A stretch of DNA of 64,000 nucleotides from Candidatus Eiseniibacteriota bacterium (GTDB lineage: Bacteria > Eisenbacteria > RBG-16-71-46): contig OY970342.1 in assembly GCA_963717505.1 (NCBI GenBank), positions 3,648,001 to 3,712,000 on the forward strand. The letters run 5' to 3'. The position numbers and the translations under genes are program-made. Numbering within the stretch: the stretch's first letter is position 1; each line of letters starts with the position of its first letter. Below, one piece after another: positions 59,786-64,000 of this stretch. The notes under the pieces were generated by a model. The model did not search any database and had not been told where the DNA came from. It worked only from the letters and a program-made list of their open reading frames with translations.

Positions 59786-62700
59786 CGGCGCACCGCCACC
59801 TTGCGCAGGGCACGCGCGCTGGCGCCCGCGTCGTACTGCACCCGCAGCTCGGCGATGTAGACGCCGTTCCTCACGGTGTGACCGGCCCCGTTCAGACCGT
59901 CCCAGCGGTCGAGCTGTTGCATGCCGGCAGCGCGCGGCTCGCCGTCGGCCAGGGTCCGAACCGGCTCGCCCGCGAGCGTGAACAGGCGCAGCCAGACCCG
60001 GCCGTCGCCGTTCAAGTAGTACGCGAAGGACGTCGCTTCCCGGCCAGCGGCAAATGGATTTGGGAAGTTGGAGTAGCTTGCGGACAGTTCCAGCGGCCCG
60101 AACCCGCCGGCCTCGGTCCAGAGCGGGAAGGTCAGCCCAGCCGCGGGCAGCACCTGAATCTGGAGAACGCCGCCGCTCGGTTGCACGACGCCGACTCCGG
60201 AGGCGTCGAGGCCCACGCGAACCGTGCCGGACTCGAGTCCCGCCCGAGGGATGACGCTCACCTCGACTGTCCGTGAGCTGTCGGCATCGACCTCGAGTTC
60301 TGTGGCTCCGACCAGCGTCGCGGTCACCGAATCCGGCGTGAGCGCTCCTTGCGCCCACACCGCGCCGTCCACGCGCAGCAGGATTTCCGAGATCGTGGCG
60401 CCGAGAGCCTGATCGGTGAACGTGTGATCGGCGCCGCGCAGCGCGAGGTGGCGGACGCGAATCGATCCGGCTCCCGGCGCTGCCGGGTTCTCGAATCGAA
60501 GCGTGGCGATCGGGACTTCGCGCCCGTCTCCCGCCAACACGGCCGGCATCTCGGTCGCGAGCGAGGCCACCAGCGTCCGCGCCGGCGCCTGGACGTGCGT
60601 CAGGCCGGACGTGAACGGCAGCGGGCCCCCCTCCGGCACCACCACCGCGCGCGTCCCGAGATTGGCGTCATAGACGGAAATTCCCTCGCCGAACACCGAG
60701 AGCTCGAGGAAACCTTCGGGCGCGGCCGCCGAGATGTCCGCGCTCAGGTCGATCGTGGCGCTGTCGCCGGCAGCCAGTGTGCGACCGCCCACGTCGATGC
60801 CGGTGGCTTCGCCGCTGGTCGGCGGATCGCCGTTGCCCCCAGCGTCGACGCCATTCCAGCGCAGGCGCAGCGCGTCGAGGAACAAGGCGGGCGCAAGTGG
60901 TCGGCGCGCGTGATCGCGGCTGAGCACGATCAGGCTGTCGACTCGCAGCGGAGCGTCGCCGGGTCCGCCCGGATGGCGGAGCACCAGGGTCATGGCGCCG
61001 ATGCCCGCGTCCCCCGCGCGCACGCCCACCGGAAAGCGCGGCGTGCCGCGCACGACCACCTGATCGGCCGGCATCTCGACGATCACCGTCCCGCCGGGCA
61101 GCGGGTCGGTCGCGAACATCACGATCACCGGGTCGCGGGTAATGGCATCGCGCGCATCGAACAGCGTCGAGTCGGTGAGCCGCAGCCGGAACGCTCCGGC
61201 CGCCGCCAGGCTCGCGACGTCGGCGCTCACCAGCACGTCGACCGCCGTGTTGACCGGGACGCTGATCGCCGGGCTCAACAGCAGCGTGAGCTTGGGTCCG
61301 TCGACTGCGAGCACGGCGCGCGAGGCCATCGTCTGGAACCCGCTGCGCACCACGACGTGGCTGACGACGTCCGCCAGCAGCGCGAGGCGCGTGCCCAGCG
61401 TGTCGCTGGCGTCGAGCGCGAGTCCGCCGACGCGCACGTCCGAGGTGATGCCGCCGGCGCCGGGACTCAGCAGCCGGAAGGCCAGCATGGGAACGTCGAG
61501 CTGGCCGGGACCAACGTGAAGGTCGGCCGCCGGCAGCGCACTGACCTCGATGCGTGACGGACGCTCGAACACGCGAGCCAGTCCGGTTTGCACGGGGAAG
61601 CCGCCGGTCAGTCTCACCGCGACTTGAGCGCCGCTGGTCGCATCCTCCGCCACCAGCCACACGCTGTCCTCGATCGCGACCCGGAACGAAGGCGCGGTCG
61701 TGCTCGACTCGAGGTCGAGGCCGACCGTGAGCGTCACCGTCTCGCCCGCGTCGATCGGCACCGGAGTCGCGAGGGTCAGGTCGACCTGGGAGCCGCTGGT
61801 TTCGAGCGAGGTGCGCGACAGGCGTGTGATGGTCCCCTCGTTCACCACCACTCGCGCCAACAGAGAATCGGGAACGATCCCGGCGGCGAACTCGTCCGCG
61901 AGCCCGATGCGCAGCCCGAGGAAGCGGACCGGGGAACCCATCGCATTGGAGTTCGCCAGCTCCAGGTTGAACGCCACGATTCCGGTCTGGCCGCGGTTGA
62001 CCATCGGCGGCAGCGTGGACTCGAAGCTCCCGTCCAAATGGGTGACCTGATCGAAGATATGGTGTGGATCAGTCGCGGCATCCAGGCTGCGCCGCGGGAG
62101 GCCGCTCGGTCGCTCGGTGCCCTGCGCCCAGCCGGTGAGCACGACGTCGCCCGGCGTCGCCGCGCGATAGGTCCACACCAGCGTGTCGCGTTCGCCGGGC
62201 CCCAGGTCGACGCTCGCCGGCGACGGTCCGCTCTCGAAGTTCAGCGATCCGGTCCCGCTCTGTGCCAAACCCGAAGGCGTGACCGCCACCAGCGAATCGA
62301 CGCCGGCGTTGCGCACGACCATCGACACCGTGACCTGCTGGCCAGGGACGCTGGCGGAAGGCTGGATCTCGAGCGAGGCGAGCAGCGGCGAAGCGCTGAT
62401 GGTCAGCGTGGTCGGACCCGCCACGTCGGCGTCCAGTGGGCCGTCGTTTCCCGAGACCACCGTGATGCCCATCGTCGGGATGGCGAAGCGGACGGTCGCG
62501 GAGTCCGTCGGGCTGGCCGCGACTCGCACCGCGGCGAACACGCGTGCGCCGGTCGCGCCCAGAGGCACGGCCAGGGCCGTGATCCGCCAGCCCGCACCTG
62601 TCCAGCTGGCGGGCCCGAGGTCGACGTCGTCGCCGCTGCCCGGGGTGAACGCGCCGTCGCCGCCGTCCCGCCACCAGCGCACTTCGGCGAGGTCGTCGTT

Positions 62701-64000
62701 GTCGGCGGTGCCGAGGTTCGTGATTTCGATCCCCTGGAGCAGGTCGTCGGCCCATCCGTTGCGCGGGACGATCACGTCCATGGCGAGCACGGCCGAGTCG
62801 CCTGGAGCCAGGGACACCGGGGGTACGGCCAACGCGGCCAGCTGCGCCGCCACCATGCCGTCGACCGCGGCGCGGGCCCGTGAGTCGAGCGGCCAGCTCG
62901 CGACCACGCGCGTGGTGTCGCCCAGTCCGACATCGAGCGGGCCAGCGACCCGAGTCGACAAGGTGTCGCCGTCGGCGGCGGTGGTCAGCGCCACGTGCGC
63001 GGTGACGAAGAAGTGACGCGTCCCACTCGCGATCAGGGGAGCGCTGAACCCGGTGAACGAGGCGCGGCCACCGCTGAAGAAGCTGCTCGCGAGCGGCGGG
63101 TCGATGAGCGAGTCGCCGAGCACCCCATCGCCGTTGCCGTCCAGGCGCAGAACCAGTGCCTGAACGGCGGCGTCACGCTGCGCCGGCGTCCCGCCGATCC
63201 CGGCGTTTTCGACCGAGAGGCGATCCATGGCTTGATTGCTTCCGTAGCTGTTGGTCACCGAAAAGTGCAGCAGCGTCACGTCCCGGGCGCCCGGTCGCGT
63301 GACCACCGGTGGCAGCGGAGTCGCCGACAACGTCAGACGATTGGCGGTGCTCACCGTGCGCTCCGGCGCTTCGACCGCCAGGTCGAGCGGGCCGTCGTTG
63401 TTGCTCGACATGCCGACGCCGGCGTCGGGGAGCGCCGGCAACGCCAATCGAATGCTGCGTCCTTCGATCGCGAGGTCGCCGACGTCGACCGTCACCCAAA
63501 TGCGCAGGCCCTCGACCGGCACCGGCTCGCCGATCCCGGATCGAACCCAGCGCGAACCGCCGACGTAACTGAGCGCGCCGATCCTGCGGTCGCGATCAGG
63601 ATCGAACTCGCCACTCTTGTCGTCGTCGATCCAGGCGGTCATCCCCGTCAGGTCGGATCCGGCGAGCGCCGTACCACTGTTGACCACCTCGATGGTCTCG
63701 AGTTTGTCCTCTTCGTACCCATTGGCCGGCAGCACGACCCCGAGGGCCAGGTTGTCGTCGGTCCCCGCCAGGACGCTTCCCCACGACTTCTTGCTGATGT
63801 CGATCTGCGCGGCGACCAGGCCGTTGATCGGAAACGCGCCGGGAGGCGCCAGCGGAAACGTCGTGCCCTGGAACTGCTCGGAGGTCGAGAATTCGAGATC
63901 GCCTCCCGATTGAATCGCGAGGTCGAGCAGATCGCCGTCTCGAGCCCGGAGCGGAAGGTCGGTGACCACCAGGAATCGGGCGGAGTTCCCGGGTTGGATT
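59782..64000 (-). CDS. Giant repetitive secreted protein with FlgD/T9SS-like CTD (5' end outside window)
   Basis: Frame open to the window edge; internal repeats; CTD SNFPNPF...WDGLNGAGHTVRNGVY...RKVAVRR. Confidence 0.85.
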   Translation of the reverse strand, partial: IQPGNSARFLVVTDLPLRARDGDLLDLAIQSGGDLEFSTSEQFQGTTFPLAPPGAFPINGLVAAQIDISKKSWGSVLAGTDDNLALGVVLPANGYEEDKLETIEVVNSGTALAGSDLTGMTAWIDDDKSGEFDPDRDRRIGALSYVGGSRWVRSGIGEPVPVEGLRIWVTVDVGDLAIEGRSIRLALPALPDAGVGMSSNNDGPLDLAVEAPERTVSTANRLTLSATPLPPVVTRPGARDVTLLHFSVTNSYGSNQAMDRLSVENAGIGGTPAQRDAAVQALVLRLDGNGDGVLGDSLIDPPLASSFFSGGRASFTGFSAPLIASGTRHFFVTAHVALTTAADGDTLSTRVAGPLDVGLGDTTRVVASWPLDSRARAAVDGMVAAQLAALAVPPVSLAPGDSAVLAMDVIVPRNGWADDLLQGIEITNLGTADNDDLAEVRWWRDGGDGAFTPGSGDDVDLGPASWTGAGWRITALAVPLGATGARVFAAVRVAASPTDSATVRFAIPTMGITVVSGNDGPLDADVAGPTTLTISASPLLASLEIQPSASVPGQQVTVSMVVRNAGVDSLVAVTPSGLAQSGTGSLNFESGPSPASVDLGPGERDTLVWTYRAATPGDVVLTGWAQGTERPSGLPRRSLDAATDPHHIFDQVTHLDGSFESTLPPMVNRGQTGIVAFNLELANSNAMGSPVRFLGLRIGLADEFAAGIVPDSLLARVVVNEGTITRLSRTSLETSGSQVDLTLATPVPIDAGETVTLTVGLDLESSTTAPSFRVAIEDSVWLVAEDATSGAQVAVRLTGGFPVQTGLARVFERPSRIEVSALPAADLHVGPGQLDVPMLAFRLLSPGAGGITSDVRVGGLALDASDTLGTRLALLADVVSHVVVRSGFQTMASRAVLAVDGPKLTLLLSPAISVPVNTAVDVLVSADVASLAAAGAFRLRLTDSTLFDARDAITRDPVIVMFATDPLPGGTVIVEMPADQVVVRGTPRFPVGVRAGDAGIGAMTLVLRHPGGPGDAPLRVDSLIVLSRDHARRPLAPALFLDALRLRWNGVDAGGNGDPPTSGEATGIDVGGRTLAAGDSATIDLSADISAAAPEGFLELSVFGEGISVYDANLGTRAVVVPEGGPLPFTSGLTHVQAPARTLVASLATEMPAVLAGDGREVPIATLRFENPAAPGAGSIRVRHLALRGADHTFTDQALGATISEILLRVDGAVWAQGALTPDSVTATLVGATELEVDADSSRTVEVSVIPRAGLESGTVRVGLDASGVGVVQPSGGVLQIQVLPAAGLTFPLWTEAGGFGPLELSASYSNFPNPFAAGREATSFAYYLNGDGRVWLRLFTLAGEPVRTLADGEPRAAGMQQLDRWDGLNGAGHTVRNGVYIAELRVQYDAGASARALRKVAVRR

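Noticed and set aside
1-64000. CRISPR array, integron attC array, IS elements, reverse transcriptase
   Set aside because: No regularly spaced repeats or corresponding enzyme motifs were seen by eye.

Overview
High-GC window from a diderm bacterium. The PorV-like barrels, FlgD/T9SS-type C-terminal domains and four Hanks-type Ser/Thr kinases suggest an FCB-related lineage such as Ca. Eisenbacteria (inference only). Left end: a minus-strand operon of PorV-like barrel with FlgD-Ig, a large TPR protein, ExbB, two ExbD, TonB and a small secreted protein. Right end: a minus-strand operon of a giant repetitive secreted protein with a CTD, a PorV-TPR protein, a HAMP-PP2C-RsbW fusion and a STAS protein. 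Centre: an RsbW/STAS/ECF sigma/anti-sigma/PrsW/barrel/TonB cluster. Two tRNAs, Ala(GGC) and Leu(CAA), each have a downstream duplicate of their 3' half, bounding integrase-less islands of about 2.2 kb and 9.8 kb. Other highlights are a circularly permuted cupredoxin lipoprotein, a CxxC/RAPP leader ORF before two metal-type TonB-dependent receptors, and a sigma54 promoter with three palindromic enhancer-like sites. All family calls come from motif recognition by eye; no searches were run. No CRISPR array, rRNA, integrase or transposase was seen.
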